From an uncultured bacterium (lineage in GTDB: Bacteria > Krumholzibacteriota > Krumholzibacteriia > LZORAL124-64-63): a DNA stretch of 64,000 nucleotides. Location of the stretch: NCBI GenBank assembly GCA_963727525.1, contig CAVSGO010000007.1, positions 2,301,902-2,365,901 on the forward strand, in the 5' to 3' direction. Both the position numbers and the translations under genes were made by a program. Shown here piece after piece: positions 51,392 to 62,198 of this stretch (position 1 is its first letter; every line of letters starts with the position of its first letter). Under the pieces are notes generated by a model. The model ran no database searches. It worked only from the letters and a program-made list of their open reading frames with translations, and was not told the origin of the DNA.

Positions 51392-52045
51392 TCACGACTC
51401 TGGCGGCGTTGCGACCACGACTTCCGACGCCACCCCCCAGCACACGACGGTCCGCGCATATTCGACCGACCATCGCGCCGATTCGACGAGTCGACGTAGC
51501 TGCAACGGTCGACAACCACCCACGATACCTGAGTTGACCCGCCAAACAGCCTGCCAGACACCCATGACCAGGCGGGACAGCACCGTCACACCCGGAGTGA
51601 TGCTCACCAGACACAGCAAACCGCCCGGTTGCAGGACACGTCCCGCCTCCGCCAGGAACCGCATCGAGGCTGATTCCGGCAGAAGGTCGAGGACATAGGC
51701 ACTCAGCAGTCGATCCGCGGCTCCCGGCCCCAGCGGGAGCTCGATGGCACCTGGCTCGAGCTGGCGCACCTGGGCGCGAGACGCCAGACTCTCCAGTCGC
51801 GCTCGCGCCAGGCCAACCATCGTGGTGCTTATGTCAAATCCCACATAGTCGGCCCCGGGTGCCTCTTGCAGGATACGCTGCGCCAATCGCCCCGTGCCGC
51901 ACCCGAACTCCACGAAGTGGCGCGCTTCGCCGGCGTTCGCGTGCGCCAGAAGGTCGTCGAGCGCAGGATTCTCGTAGAAGCCCTGACTATCCTGCCGCGA
52001 GCCAAAGCGATCGTAGTACTGTTTGACGCGAGCTGGAGAGAGCAT
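51392..52045 (-). CDS. Class I SAM-dependent methyltransferase
   Basis: VEFGCGTG, GFDISTTM, YVLDLL, RVLQPGGLL. Confidence 0.85.
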   Translation of the reverse strand: MLSPARVKQYYDRFGSRQDSQGFYENPALDDLLAHANAGEARHFVEFGCGTGRLAQRILQEAPGADYVGFDISTTMVGLARARLESLASRAQVRQLEPGAIELPLGPGAADRLLSAYVLDLLPESASMRFLAEAGRVLQPGGLLCLVSITPGVTVLSRLVMGVWQAVWRVNSGIVGGCRPLQLRRLVESARWSVEYARTVVCWGVASEVVVATPPES

Positions 52046-52089
52046 AGTTGGCGGGGCCCCGCCCCGAAGCGGACGAAGTTCGGCACCGA

Positions 52090-54759
52090 TCACTTCTTCG
52101 CAAATTCCTGCGCCCAGTTCAGAGATACCTGGAAGACCCCGACCTGGTTCGTCTCGAGTGGCAGATTCAACAGGAACTTCTGGCCGTCCGCCGTCACGAC
52201 GTAGCGATTGCGGGAGATCTCGCTGATGGTGAGTGTCGCGTCGAACAGCTTGACCGGGGTACCCACCCGGAAGGTCTGCGACGCATCGACGGCTGCGGCC
52301 ATCATCACGGTGCCGGCCTCGCCGAGGAAGAAGAGTTCCTGGCCGTCGACGCGCCACTGCGGGCTGGAACCGCCGCTGGTGGAAACCTGCCACTTGCCGC
52401 CGGGGCCGGGATAGGCGCGCACGTAAACTTGGGGGCTCCCTGACTCCGTCGACATGTAGGCGAACCAGCGACCGTCGGGCGAGAGCGTGCCGTCCGTCTC
52501 GATGAAGCCGCTCTCCACGATCGCGTGAGGTTCGCCGCCTTCGAGGGGTAGTACCCACAGGTCGGGATTGCCATTCTGGAGCGTCACCATCACCAGGGAG
52601 GCGCCGTCGGGCGACCAGCTCATCGCCCCGGCGTGGAAGTTGTCCGCGAAGAGGGAGTCGGCGTCGCCACTGCCGTCGGCACGCTTCTTCCAGATCGAGT
52701 ATGGGCCATCGACGTTCGTCGAGTAGGCAATCCAGTTCCCGTCTGGGGACCACACAGGGAAGATGTCGTTCTCGTTACCGAAGGTCAGGCGCGACGTCAC
52801 GCCGCGGGTGAGATCGCGCACCCAGATGTCCTGGGAATCGTTCTTGGGGTCGACGAATCCGTAGGCCAGCCGTCCGCCGTCCGGCGACAGCGCGAGATCG
52901 CGATAGCCGCCCGGATCGCCCACACGTCCGAGGCGTTGCCCCGCGCGATCGACCCACACCAACTCGCTGCGTTCCGTCGCTCCACCGGTCATGATCGCCA
53001 GCACGCCGTCGGTCGACACCGAGAAGTTGGCCTGTCCGTTGCCCCGGGTCAGCACGTGCTCCGCAACCGGGAAGGGTTCGCTCTTCCAGGTCCAGCTCCC
53101 CAGGTCGAGGTGCCGTGCCATCAGCGTGGACTCGGCGGTGTAGAGCACCAGGTCGGGTGGCGCGAACTCGACGCGGCTGGCCACCGGCCCCAGGTTGGCG
53201 GTCTCGTGCGAATCCAGATCGCCTACCCTCAGCACCCCCCCCTGGTCGCCACCGCTGCCATAGGCCATGAAGAGGAAGTGCCGGCCGTCGGGCAGGAAGC
53301 ACGGCCAGGCGTGCTGGTTCTCGCCGCTCGCGACATCCCGGGTGGTGGCGCCGCTCGCCACGCCACCCGACGCCGGGACCTGGCGGATCGAGTCGCCGAC
53401 CGAGCCGTCGAACAGGATCACGTCCCGGCTGCCCCACGTTCCGTCGGCGGCGCTGCGGGTCTCGCAGACGAGCTGCGGTGGACCGCCGGCGACCGCGATC
53501 TTCTTGAGCTGATTGCCGATGAAGTACGCCAGGTAGCGGCTGTCCGGCGACCAGAACGGCCGCCCGGCCCCGTCGGTACCGAGCAGTGGATGCGCGGTGA
53601 GGGCATCGAGCGGACGCACCCAGATCTGGACGTTTCCGAGCGAATCGGTCGCCTGGAAGGCGAGCGCGTTGCCGTCGGGCGAGACGCGAGGCCAGGTCAT
53701 CGTACGCATCCCCTTCTGCGGGGACAGCGCGAAGCGAATCTCCTTCGGCGTCGGTTCCGTCCGCGTCAGGGCCGAGACGCTGCTCCACAACGCCACCGCG
53801 CCCACCGCCGCTAGCAGCGACCAGGCCAGCCGCTCGCGGTGGCGACGGCGCGTCGCGACGGGCTGCGGCACACCGGCCAGCGACCCGCCCTCGGCAATCC
53901 ACTGGAGCTGCAGCTTGACGTCGTGGGCGGTCTGGATCCGGTCGCCGCGTTCCTTCGCGAGACATGCCGTCACGACGCGGTCCAGCGCAGGTGGCGATAG
54001 CGGCGCCGCGGCCGTCAGCGACGGTGGCTCGGAATTCATGACCGCACCGATCAGGCTCGCCTGACTGCGTCCCTCGAACGCTCGTCGGCCCGTGGCCATC
54101 TCGTAGAGCACGCAGCCCAGGGCCCACAGGTCGCTGCGCGCATCGGCCTCCTGGCCCTCGAGCTGTTCGGGCGCCATGTACGCGAAGGTACCGATCAGCG
54201 CACCTTCGGCCGTCAACGAACGCGAGATCGTCGGCGAGTCCGACGGGTCGCCCGTCACGCCCGACGATCCGGATCCAGCCGCCGGCGCAGCCGCGCGCGC
54301 AAGACCGAAGTCCATCAGCTTCGCACCGGTGCGCGTGAGCATCACGTTGGCGGGCTTGAGGTCGCGGTGTACGATACCCTGGCGGTGCGCGACGTCGAGT
54401 GCCTCGGCAATCTGGATCGCGAGTCGCAGCAGCTCCGGCGCGGGTAGCGCTCCGCGCGCCAGGCGCGCCGCCAGCGTTTCCCCATCGACGAGCTCCATCA
54501 CCAGGAAGTCGATGCCGTCCTGGTGGCCGACGTCATACAGCGTGCAGATGTGCGGGTGGTTGAGCCCGGAGATCGCGCGGGCTTCACGGTCGAGTCGCGC
54601 GCGCGCATCGTCGGTGGCCGCAAGGTGCTGCGGCAACACCTTGATCGCGACGTCGCGGCCCAGGCGCGTATCGCGGGCGCGCCACACCTCGCCCATACCC
54701 CCGGCACCGAGCGGCGCAACGATCTCGTAGGGTCCCAGTCGGATTCCAGCCTGGATCAC
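52090..54759 (-). CDS. Ser/Thr protein kinase with TolB-like PD40 beta-propeller
   Basis: LGAGGMGEV, HRDLKPAN, DFGLA, YMAPEQ, hydrophobic segment, SPDG repeats. Confidence 0.95.
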   Translation of the reverse strand: MIQAGIRLGPYEIVAPLGAGGMGEVWRARDTRLGRDVAIKVLPQHLAATDDARARLDREARAISGLNHPHICTLYDVGHQDGIDFLVMELVDGETLAARLARGALPAPELLRLAIQIAEALDVAHRQGIVHRDLKPANVMLTRTGAKLMDFGLARAAAPAAGSGSSGVTGDPSDSPTISRSLTAEGALIGTFAYMAPEQLEGQEADARSDLWALGCVLYEMATGRRAFEGRSQASLIGAVMNSEPPSLTAAAPLSPPALDRVVTACLAKERGDRIQTAHDVKLQLQWIAEGGSLAGVPQPVATRRRHRERLAWSLLAAVGAVALWSSVSALTRTEPTPKEIRFALSPQKGMRTMTWPRVSPDGNALAFQATDSLGNVQIWVRPLDALTAHPLLGTDGAGRPFWSPDSRYLAYFIGNQLKKIAVAGGPPQLVCETRSAADGTWGSRDVILFDGSVGDSIRQVPASGGVASGATTRDVASGENQHAWPCFLPDGRHFLFMAYGSGGDQGGVLRVGDLDSHETANLGPVASRVEFAPPDLVLYTAESTLMARHLDLGSWTWKSEPFPVAEHVLTRGNGQANFSVSTDGVLAIMTGGATERSELVWVDRAGQRLGRVGDPGGYRDLALSPDGGRLAYGFVDPKNDSQDIWVRDLTRGVTSRLTFGNENDIFPVWSPDGNWIAYSTNVDGPYSIWKKRADGSGDADSLFADNFHAGAMSWSPDGASLVMVTLQNGNPDLWVLPLEGGEPHAIVESGFIETDGTLSPDGRWFAYMSTESGSPQVYVRAYPGPGGKWQVSTSGGSSPQWRVDGQELFFLGEAGTVMMAAAVDASQTFRVGTPVKLFDATLTISEISRNRYVVTADGQKFLLNLPLETNQVGVFQVSLNWAQEFAKK

Positions 54760-55104
54760 GGCAACCTCGCTTGGTAACGGGTCGGCGGGAATCCGCCGGG
54801 CGCCGGCGACCGCATCCGGTCGTAGCGCTGCGTACGATCCATACAGGATAACTGAAGTCGATTTTCAAGACAACAAATTGGTGGAATACCAGCCCTGGTT
54901 AGGCGCTTCTCGCGATCGGCCTGCACCGGGACCAGCCGGAATCGACCGGTGGCGGGCGCGACCGCGGTCGGCCAATCTTCGAGCTGATCCGCCACGTGGA
55001 CGACCACGGAACGGCGTGATCGTCGGGCGCTTTCATCGGATATTGGATATCATGACCCGGTTTCCTTCAGGGTACCGAGTCATCCATCCGATCCGGAGCG
55101 AACC

Positions 55105-57696
55105 ATGACGACGTCCCCCGGAGATCGCCTCGGTCCCTACGAGATCGTCTCCCCCCTTGGCAAGGGCGGCATGGGCGAGGTCTGGCGCGCCCACGACGCG
55201 CGCCTCGCCCGCGACGTCGCGCTGAAGATCCTGCCGGACGACTTCGCCGCCGATCCCGAGCGCATCGCCCGCTTCGAGCGCGAGGCGAAGGTGCTTGCGT
55301 CCCTCAACCACCCCAACGTCGCCGCGCTGTACGGCGTCGAGCACGTCGACGGCCGCCACGTCCTGGTGATGGAGCTGGCCGAGGGCGAAGGACTCGACGC
55401 CGTGATCGCCCGGGGCGCCGTTCCTCTCGACGAGGCGATCGAGATCGCGAGTGGGATCGCCTCGGGGCTCGAGGCCGCGCACCAGAAGGGTGTCGTCCAC
55501 CGCGACCTGAAGCCCGCGAACGTGATGCTCGGCCCCGACGGCCGCGTCAAGGTCCTCGACTTCGGCCTCGCGCGCGCCTACCTCGGCGACGAAGGCGCCG
55601 AGAGCGACCTCGGCAACTCGCCGACGCTCACCGCGGCAATGACCCGCGAGGGCGTCGTGCTGGGCACCGCGGCCTACATGTCGCCGGAGCAGGCGCGCGG
55701 CAGGAAGGTCGACCGCCGCGCCGACATGTGGGCGTTCGGCGTCGTGCTATGGGAGCTGCTGACCGGGAGCCGGATGTTCGTCGGCGAGACCGCCTCGGAC
55801 GTGATGGCCGGCGTGCTCCGCGCCGACATCGACCTCGACGCGCTACCCGACGGCACGCCGGCGGCTGTCCGCCGCCTGCTGCGCCGCTGCCTCGAACGCG
55901 ATCCGCGGCGCCGCCTGCGCGACGCCGGCGATGCTGTCCTCGAACTGTCCGATGCGATGCGCGCGGATTCCGAGCCGGGCGGCGACGCCGCTCAAGGCGA
56001 GCCGCAGGCTCGCACCGGGCGGATCCGTCGCGCCCCCCTGCTGTCCGCGCTCGCGTTGGCGGCTCTGGCGACCGCGGTCGCCGTCTGGGCGCTGGTCCGT
56101 CCCGACGTCGCGCCCGCCCCGGCGCGCACGCACGTCTCGTTCGAACGCAGAACGTTCGACGAGGAAGTGATCTTCAATGCCCGCTTCCTGCCCGAGGGTC
56201 AGGGCATCGTCTACAGCGCCGCGCGCAGCGGCAACGCCCCGGAGCTATTCCTGCTGCCGAATGGCGCCGTGTCGCCGAAGCTGCTCGCAGGGAAGGGAAC
56301 CCACCTGCTGTCGGTCTCGTCCGAAGGGGAGCTCGCTGTGCTGACGGGTGCGACATTCGCCACCCATCGCATTCAGATCGGGACGCTGGCCCGGATGTCC
56401 GTCGACGGCTACCCGCGGCCCCTGGTCGAGCAGGTCAGCGACGCGGACTGGGGTCCCGACGAATCGCTGGCGATCGTGCGCATGGAGGAGGGCGGCAACC
56501 GGCTCGAGTACCCGATCGGGACCGTGCTCTACGAGACGACGGGCTACGTCAGCGAACCCCGGGTGTCGGCGGACGGCACGCGCGTCGCCTTCCTCGATCA
56601 CCAGTGGCCCGGGGACGACCGCGGTCGGCTGAAGATCGTCGACCGGTCCGGAAAGGTGACGACCCTCAGCCGCGAATACTGGGCGATCGAGGGACTGGCC
56701 TGGTCGGCCGACGGTGCGACCCTCATCTTCTCGGGCGCCCTGGACGAACCCCGGCTCCAGCCCCGGGCCGTGACGCCGGAGGGCGAGCGGACGGAACCGC
56801 TGCTCGAAGTGCCGGGCGAGTTCTTCGTCGTCGACATCGACCACGACGGGAACTGGCTGGCGCTCGAGGAGGACAACCGCTACGGGGTCGTCGCCCATCC
56901 GTCAGGCGGCCCCGACGTCGACCTCACCTGGCTGGATTCGAGCTGGGGGCCGCATCTCGCGCCGGACGAACGGACGCTCTTGTTCTCGAACGGTCGCGGC
57001 GGCACCAACTACGACGTGGTCACTCGTCGGCTGGACGGCTCGCCGATCGCCACGCTCGGCGAGGGCAATGCGTTGGGCTTCTCGCCGGACGGCCGCTGGG
57101 TCGCCGCCCAGATCGCCGAGCCGCCGGCGATCGCGCTGTACCCCACCGGCGCCGGATCCCCGCGGCGACTCGAGCGGGACTCCATCGATCAATACCGGAA
57201 CGCCCAGTGGTTCCCGGACAGCGAGCACGTGCTCGTTTCCGGCAACGAAGCCGGCCGGCCGGTGCGCGCGTTCCGTCAGTCGATCGACGGCGGTCCGCCC
57301 GAGCCGGTCACCCCGGAGGGTGTCGACGGCATGCTGAGCCCGGACGGGACGACCATCATCGCCCGGGACGTCGACGGCGGCGGGCGGCTCTACCCGGTCG
57401 ACGGCGGCGCCCCGCGGGCGATCGTCGGCCTGCAGGCCGACGACGACGTGGCGGCCTGGAGCCCGGACGGCAAGGCCGTCTGCGTCTATCGGAAGGGGCA
57501 GGTGCCCGTCAACGTCGAGCGGATTGACCTCGCGACCGGCCGGCGGACGCCCGTGCTGACCATCACGCCGCAACAGCGGGCGGGCCTGGTCCGCATCTGG
57601 TTTACAGCCCCGGTGTTCGATCCGGACGGCGGCTATGCCTACAGCTACCGGCGCACGTTCACGAAGATGTTCGTCGTGAAGGGGGGCGGCACGTGA
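55105..57696 (+). CDS. Ser/Thr protein kinase with TolB-like PD40 beta-propeller
   Basis: LGKGGMGEV, HRDLKPAN, DFGLA, YMSPEQ, hydrophobic segment, SPDG repeats. Confidence 0.95.
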   Translation: MTTSPGDRLGPYEIVSPLGKGGMGEVWRAHDARLARDVALKILPDDFAADPERIARFEREAKVLASLNHPNVAALYGVEHVDGRHVLVMELAEGEGLDAVIARGAVPLDEAIEIASGIASGLEAAHQKGVVHRDLKPANVMLGPDGRVKVLDFGLARAYLGDEGAESDLGNSPTLTAAMTREGVVLGTAAYMSPEQARGRKVDRRADMWAFGVVLWELLTGSRMFVGETASDVMAGVLRADIDLDALPDGTPAAVRRLLRRCLERDPRRRLRDAGDAVLELSDAMRADSEPGGDAAQGEPQARTGRIRRAPLLSALALAALATAVAVWALVRPDVAPAPARTHVSFERRTFDEEVIFNARFLPEGQGIVYSAARSGNAPELFLLPNGAVSPKLLAGKGTHLLSVSSEGELAVLTGATFATHRIQIGTLARMSVDGYPRPLVEQVSDADWGPDESLAIVRMEEGGNRLEYPIGTVLYETTGYVSEPRVSADGTRVAFLDHQWPGDDRGRLKIVDRSGKVTTLSREYWAIEGLAWSADGATLIFSGALDEPRLQPRAVTPEGERTEPLLEVPGEFFVVDIDHDGNWLALEEDNRYGVVAHPSGGPDVDLTWLDSSWGPHLAPDERTLLFSNGRGGTNYDVVTRRLDGSPIATLGEGNALGFSPDGRWVAAQIAEPPAIALYPTGAGSPRRLERDSIDQYRNAQWFPDSEHVLVSGNEAGRPVRAFRQSIDGGPPEPVTPEGVDGMLSPDGTTIIARDVDGGGRLYPVDGGAPRAIVGLQADDDVAAWSPDGKAVCVYRKGQVPVNVERIDLATGRRTPVLTITPQQRAGLVRIWFTAPVFDPDGGYAYSYRRTFTKMFVVKGGGT

Positions 57697-57983
57697 CAAC
57701 TCGAGTCGCAGATCGAGTGTTGACTAGGTATCGGCCCGGGGGCGACCCTGCCTGACTCCGTCCGCATTGCCTAGAGCCGACTTACGACTCCCTCGCCATG
57801 CCAAACGTCGGCACTGGAGATCGGCGAGATCGGCCCGGGAATTCTGGTTTAGAGGCACGACTCGTGGGATTGGGACGATCCCTGATAGCCGTCCATCGGT
57901 CATCCACCGACCATCCCCCATGAGCAGTACCACCCTCGACGACAGCGACGACGCGGGTCGTCAGTGTATGAGGTGACACGGAC

Positions 57984-58844
57984 ATGCCGAGAGCCATCTG
58001 GAAAGGAGCCATCTCCTTCGGCCTGCTGAACGTGCCGGTGGCGGTGTATCCGGCCGAACAGCGCGGCGATCTGAGCTTTCATCTGCTCGACAGCCGCAAT
58101 CACGCGCGCGTGCGTTACCAGCGCGTGAACGAGGAGACGGGCAAGGAGGTGCCCTGGGATCAGATCGTCAAGGGGTACGAGTTCGCCGACGGCGACTACG
58201 TGCTGCTCACCGACGAGGAACTGGAGAGCGTGGCCGTGGAGGCCAGCCAGACGGTGGAGATCCAGAGCTTCGTGAACGCGGCGGACATCGACCTGCGCTA
58301 CTTCGACAAGCCCTACTACCTCGCGCCGGGCAAGCGGGGCGAGAAGGGATATGTCCTGCTCCGAGAGACGCTGGCCAACACGGGCAGGGTGGGCATCGCG
58401 CGGGTGGTGATTCGCACCAAGGAGTACCTGGCCGCGCTGATCGCGCTGGGCGACGTGCTCGTGCTCGAATTGCTGCGATTCGCCCAGGAGCTGCGCGATC
58501 ACGACGATCTCGGCATCCCCACCGGCAAGATCAGCGACTACAAGGTCTCCCGGAAGGAGATCGAGATGGCCGAGGCCCTCGTCGAGGCCATGAGCACCGA
58601 GTGGAACCCATCGGACTACCACGACGAGTACCGCGAGCAGTTGCTCGCCTTCATCGAGGAGAAGGCCGAGCACGAGGGGCACGTGGTGGCCCCCGAGGCG
58701 AAGGAACCGCCGGCGACGACGAAGATCGTGGACATGATGGACGTGCTGCGTGCGAGCCTCGAGAAGCAGAAGGGCGGCGGGAAGTCGAGCAAGAAGAAGT
58801 CCGCAAGCAAGAAGAAGAAGAAGAGCAAGCGCGCGGCGAGCTGA
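57984..58844 (+). CDS. ku: NHEJ DNA end-binding protein Ku
   Basis: RAIWKGAISFGLLNVPV, IVKGYE, YFDKPYYL, basic C-terminal tail. Confidence 0.96.
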   Translation: MPRAIWKGAISFGLLNVPVAVYPAEQRGDLSFHLLDSRNHARVRYQRVNEETGKEVPWDQIVKGYEFADGDYVLLTDEELESVAVEASQTVEIQSFVNAADIDLRYFDKPYYLAPGKRGEKGYVLLRETLANTGRVGIARVVIRTKEYLAALIALGDVLVLELLRFAQELRDHDDLGIPTGKISDYKVSRKEIEMAEALVEAMSTEWNPSDYHDEYREQLLAFIEEKAEHEGHVVAPEAKEPPATTKIVDMMDVLRASLEKQKGGGKSSKKKSASKKKKKSKRAAS

Positions 58845-58863
58845 ACGAACGGAGGGGGGCCTC

Positions 58864-61464
58864 ATGGCTCGTGGCGATCTCACGACATACCGAGGCAAGC
58901 GGCACTTCGACCGTACGCCGGAGCCCGGCGCCGACGATCGGCGCCCCGCCGCCGCACCCGGCTGGTCCTTCGTCATTCACAAGCACGATGCGCGGAGTCT
59001 GCACTACGACCTGCGCCTCGAGCTCGACGGCGTGCTCAAGAGCTGGGCGGTGCCGAAGGGCATCAGCTACGACCCGCGCCAGCGCCACCTGGCCATCCAC
59101 GTCGAGGATCACCCTCTCGCCTACGGCGACTTCGAGGGCGTCATTCCCGCCGGCGAATACGGCGGCGGCACCGTGATGGTGTGGGATCGTGGCACGTGGG
59201 AGCCGGACGGCGATCCGCATCGGGGCCTCGCCAAGGGGAAGTTCACCTTCACGTTCCACGGCCAGAAGCTGCGCGGCGGCTGGACGCTCACACGCATGGG
59301 CGGCAAGGCGAACGAGGGTGACAAAGACAACTGGCTGCTGATCAAGAGGCGCGACGATGAAGCCGATGCCGAGCGCGACGTCGACGAGCAGGAGCCGAGG
59401 AGCGTCCTCTCGGGCCGCACCATGGCGGAGATCGCACGCGCGGCCGATCGCGTCTGGTCGAGCGAGGCGCCACGGATCGACGCCGGCACGCTTCCCGGCG
59501 CCCGCCAACGCGCGCTGCCGCGCGCGCTGCGGCCCCAGCTCGCCACCCGAGTGGACCACACGCCGACCGGCGACGGCTGGCTCCACGAGATCAAGTACGA
59601 CGGCTACCGGCTGCTCGTCTTCGTCCAGGACGGCGAGGCGCGGCTCGTAACGCGCGGCGGCAAGGACTGGACCGACCGTTTTCCATCGCTGGCGGCGGCG
59701 GCAGCGCGGCTTCCGGTGTCCTCGGCGCTCCTCGACGGCGAAGCCTGTGTGGTCGACGCGCACGGCCGCACCGACTTCCAGGCGCTCCAGAACCGACTCG
59801 GCACCGCGAACACCGACGACGTCGCTCTCCTACTCTTCGATCTGGTGCATCTCGATGGTTACGATCTCACGCAAGTTCCTCTGAGCGCGCGCAAGACGGC
59901 TCTGCGCCGCCTGCTCGTGGCAGCGGGCGTCATATCTGTCGGCGATGGTGATCGGTCGCCGACCGATCGCATTTCGTCCGCGGTTTCCGAGAGCCCGCTG
60001 CGCTTCAGCGACCACATCGCGGGCAGCGGCCCGGATGTCTACGCCCTGGCTTGCCGTCTGGATCTCGAGGGAGTGGTCTCGAAGAAGGCCGACTCGGTCT
60101 ACGAGTCGCGGCGCAGTCGGTCCTGGGTGAAGACGAAGTGCCAGCATCGGCAGGAGTTCGTGATCGGTGGCTGGCTGCCGTCCGACAAGCGCACCGGGTT
60201 GCGCTCGCTGCTGCTGGGTACACACGGGGAGAACGGCGACCTCGTGTACGCCGGCAAGGTCGGGACGGGTTTCACGGACACGTCGTTGCGCGATCTCGCA
60301 CGCCGGCTGCGTCCGCTCGCGCTCGACGCGTCGCCCTTCGTCGACGCGGAGTCGATCCACGAGCACAAAGCGCGGTGGGTGCGTCCGGAGCTGGTCTGCG
60401 AGGTGGAGTTCAGCGAATGGACGTCGGAGGGACGATTGCGCCATCCGTCGTTCAAGGGGTTGCGCGAGGACAAGTCGCCGAACCAGGTGGTACGCGAGGA
60501 CCCGCGAACCGCTGGCGCCGCCGCCTCGGGGCCACGCGGTGGCAAAACGCCGCGACGAGCCGAGATCGACGATCTCGAGGTGCGCATCACCCATCCCGAC
60601 CGCGTCCTGTTTCCAGATGCCGGCCTCACCAAGGGCGACCTGGCCCGCTACTACGCCGACGTCAGCGATCTCCTGCTGCCCCATGTCGCGAACCGGCCAC
60701 TCACCCTCGTGCGCTGCCCGGCCGGGCGCCACAAGGCGTGTTTCTACCAGAAGCACCACGCCGGGCACTTGCCGCAGGCGGTGGGCGGGGTGGCGGTGGC
60801 GGAGAGGGAGCAGGAGCGGATGTACCTGACGATCGACGATCGGGAGGGTCTCCTGTCGCTGATCCAGATGGGGGCGATCGAGCTGCACCCCTGGAGCGCC
60901 CGCAACGATCGCCTGGATCGCCCCGACCTCATGGTCTTCGATCTGGATCCCGGCCCCGGCGTTCCAGTGCGCCGGATCGCCGACGCTGCGCTACGGATCC
61001 GCGACAGGCTGGCCGACCTGGACCTGGTGAGCTTCGCGAAGACGTCGGGAGGCAAGGGCTACCACGTGGTCGTGCCTCTCGTACGCCGGGCGGAGTGGGA
61101 CGAGGTCAGAGCTTTCTCGCACGCCGTGGCCAGGGAACTGGCTCGCGACACGCCGCGGGAGATCGTGACCGTCGCGACGAAGAGCAAGCGCGAGGGTCGC
61201 GTGTTCGTGGACTACCTCCGCAACAGCCGCGGGGCGACGAGCGTGGCGGCGCTTTCGACACGGGCGCGCGAGGGCGCGCCCGTGTCGATGCCTGTGAGCT
61301 GGGAAGAGGTGGCCGAGGCGGTGGCCCCTGATGCCTTCACGTTGAACATTATCGGCGAACGCCTGGCCGGGTGGCGTCGGAATACCCGGCTGGATCCCTG
61401 GCGCGAGTATTTCTCCGTGCGTCAATCGATCACCGTGGCGGCCCGGCGCGCCGTGGGTGTCTGA
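58864..61464 (+). CDS. ligD: DNA ligase D (phosphoesterase-ligase-polymerase)
   Basis: HKHDARSLHYDLRLE...SWAVPKG; HEIKYDGYR; EGVVSK; VFDLDPG, KTSGGKGYHV, DYLRN. Confidence 0.96.
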   Translation: MARGDLTTYRGKRHFDRTPEPGADDRRPAAAPGWSFVIHKHDARSLHYDLRLELDGVLKSWAVPKGISYDPRQRHLAIHVEDHPLAYGDFEGVIPAGEYGGGTVMVWDRGTWEPDGDPHRGLAKGKFTFTFHGQKLRGGWTLTRMGGKANEGDKDNWLLIKRRDDEADAERDVDEQEPRSVLSGRTMAEIARAADRVWSSEAPRIDAGTLPGARQRALPRALRPQLATRVDHTPTGDGWLHEIKYDGYRLLVFVQDGEARLVTRGGKDWTDRFPSLAAAAARLPVSSALLDGEACVVDAHGRTDFQALQNRLGTANTDDVALLLFDLVHLDGYDLTQVPLSARKTALRRLLVAAGVISVGDGDRSPTDRISSAVSESPLRFSDHIAGSGPDVYALACRLDLEGVVSKKADSVYESRRSRSWVKTKCQHRQEFVIGGWLPSDKRTGLRSLLLGTHGENGDLVYAGKVGTGFTDTSLRDLARRLRPLALDASPFVDAESIHEHKARWVRPELVCEVEFSEWTSEGRLRHPSFKGLREDKSPNQVVREDPRTAGAAASGPRGGKTPRRAEIDDLEVRITHPDRVLFPDAGLTKGDLARYYADVSDLLLPHVANRPLTLVRCPAGRHKACFYQKHHAGHLPQAVGGVAVAEREQERMYLTIDDREGLLSLIQMGAIELHPWSARNDRLDRPDLMVFDLDPGPGVPVRRIADAALRIRDRLADLDLVSFAKTSGGKGYHVVVPLVRRAEWDEVRAFSHAVARELARDTPREIVTVATKSKREGRVFVDYLRNSRGATSVAALSTRAREGAPVSMPVSWEEVAEAVAPDAFTLNIIGERLAGWRRNTRLDPWREYFSVRQSITVAARRAVGV

Positions 61465-61510
61465 CGCCGGCGAACAGCCGTTCGCCGGCGTCCCACGTCA
61501 CGAACACTCA

Positions 61511-62020
61511 CTACTGTTCTGCGCGCGAGGCGCGGGGATTGACCTGCTCCTTCGCGATCAGGTTCAGCAAGCGATCGGCCTCCCTCTCCTCGCCGAGCGT
61601 GTCGCGCAGCAGTTCGGCGGCGCGTTGGTCCTGCAGGCGGTCGGCGATCGCGCGCAGCGTTCCGTAGGCGCTGATCTCGTAGTGCTCCACGCGCTGTGCG
61701 GCCGCGATCAGCGCGGCATCCTTCACGTCGGGCTGGCCGTCGGCCTTGATGATCTCCTCGCCCTCCTTGATGAGCCCCTTCATCGCTTCGCACGTCACGC
61801 GATCCTTCTCGTGTCCGAGCTTGTCGAAGATCGTCTCCAGTCGCTCGGCCTGCTCCCGCGTCTCCTGCAGGTGGTCCTTGAACGCCTGCTTGAGCTTGGG
61901 GTTGTGGGCCGCCTCGGCCATCTTGGGCAAGGCTTTCGTGAGCTGCGTCTCCGCGTCGTAGACGTCGCCCACTTGCATCCAGAAGAGATCTTCCAGCGTC
62001 GTCAGCTTCTTGTTCGCCAT
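61511..62020 (-). CDS. yciF: Ferritin-like DUF892 stress protein (YciF family)
   Basis: DVYDAETQLTKALPKM, HLQET, CEAMKGLI.EG, AAQRVEHYEISAYG. Confidence 0.9.
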   Translation of the reverse strand: MANKKLTTLEDLFWMQVGDVYDAETQLTKALPKMAEAAHNPKLKQAFKDHLQETREQAERLETIFDKLGHEKDRVTCEAMKGLIKEGEEIIKADGQPDVKDAALIAAAQRVEHYEISAYGTLRAIADRLQDQRAAELLRDTLGEEREADRLLNLIAKEQVNPRASRAEQ

Positions 62021-62198
62021 GGTCTGGCCTCCGTGGTCGGGGTACGAGTGTTCGTTCGACTCGGGTCCGCCCAGCGTAGCGAGAAGGTCGGGGTGCTGAC
62101 ATCGGGCGTGATACGACGCACGGGTGAGGACGAGCCTCAGACAGCGGATGGGGTGCGTACCCATCTTCGCGGGCAAGCCGATGCGCTGGTGGCGATGG

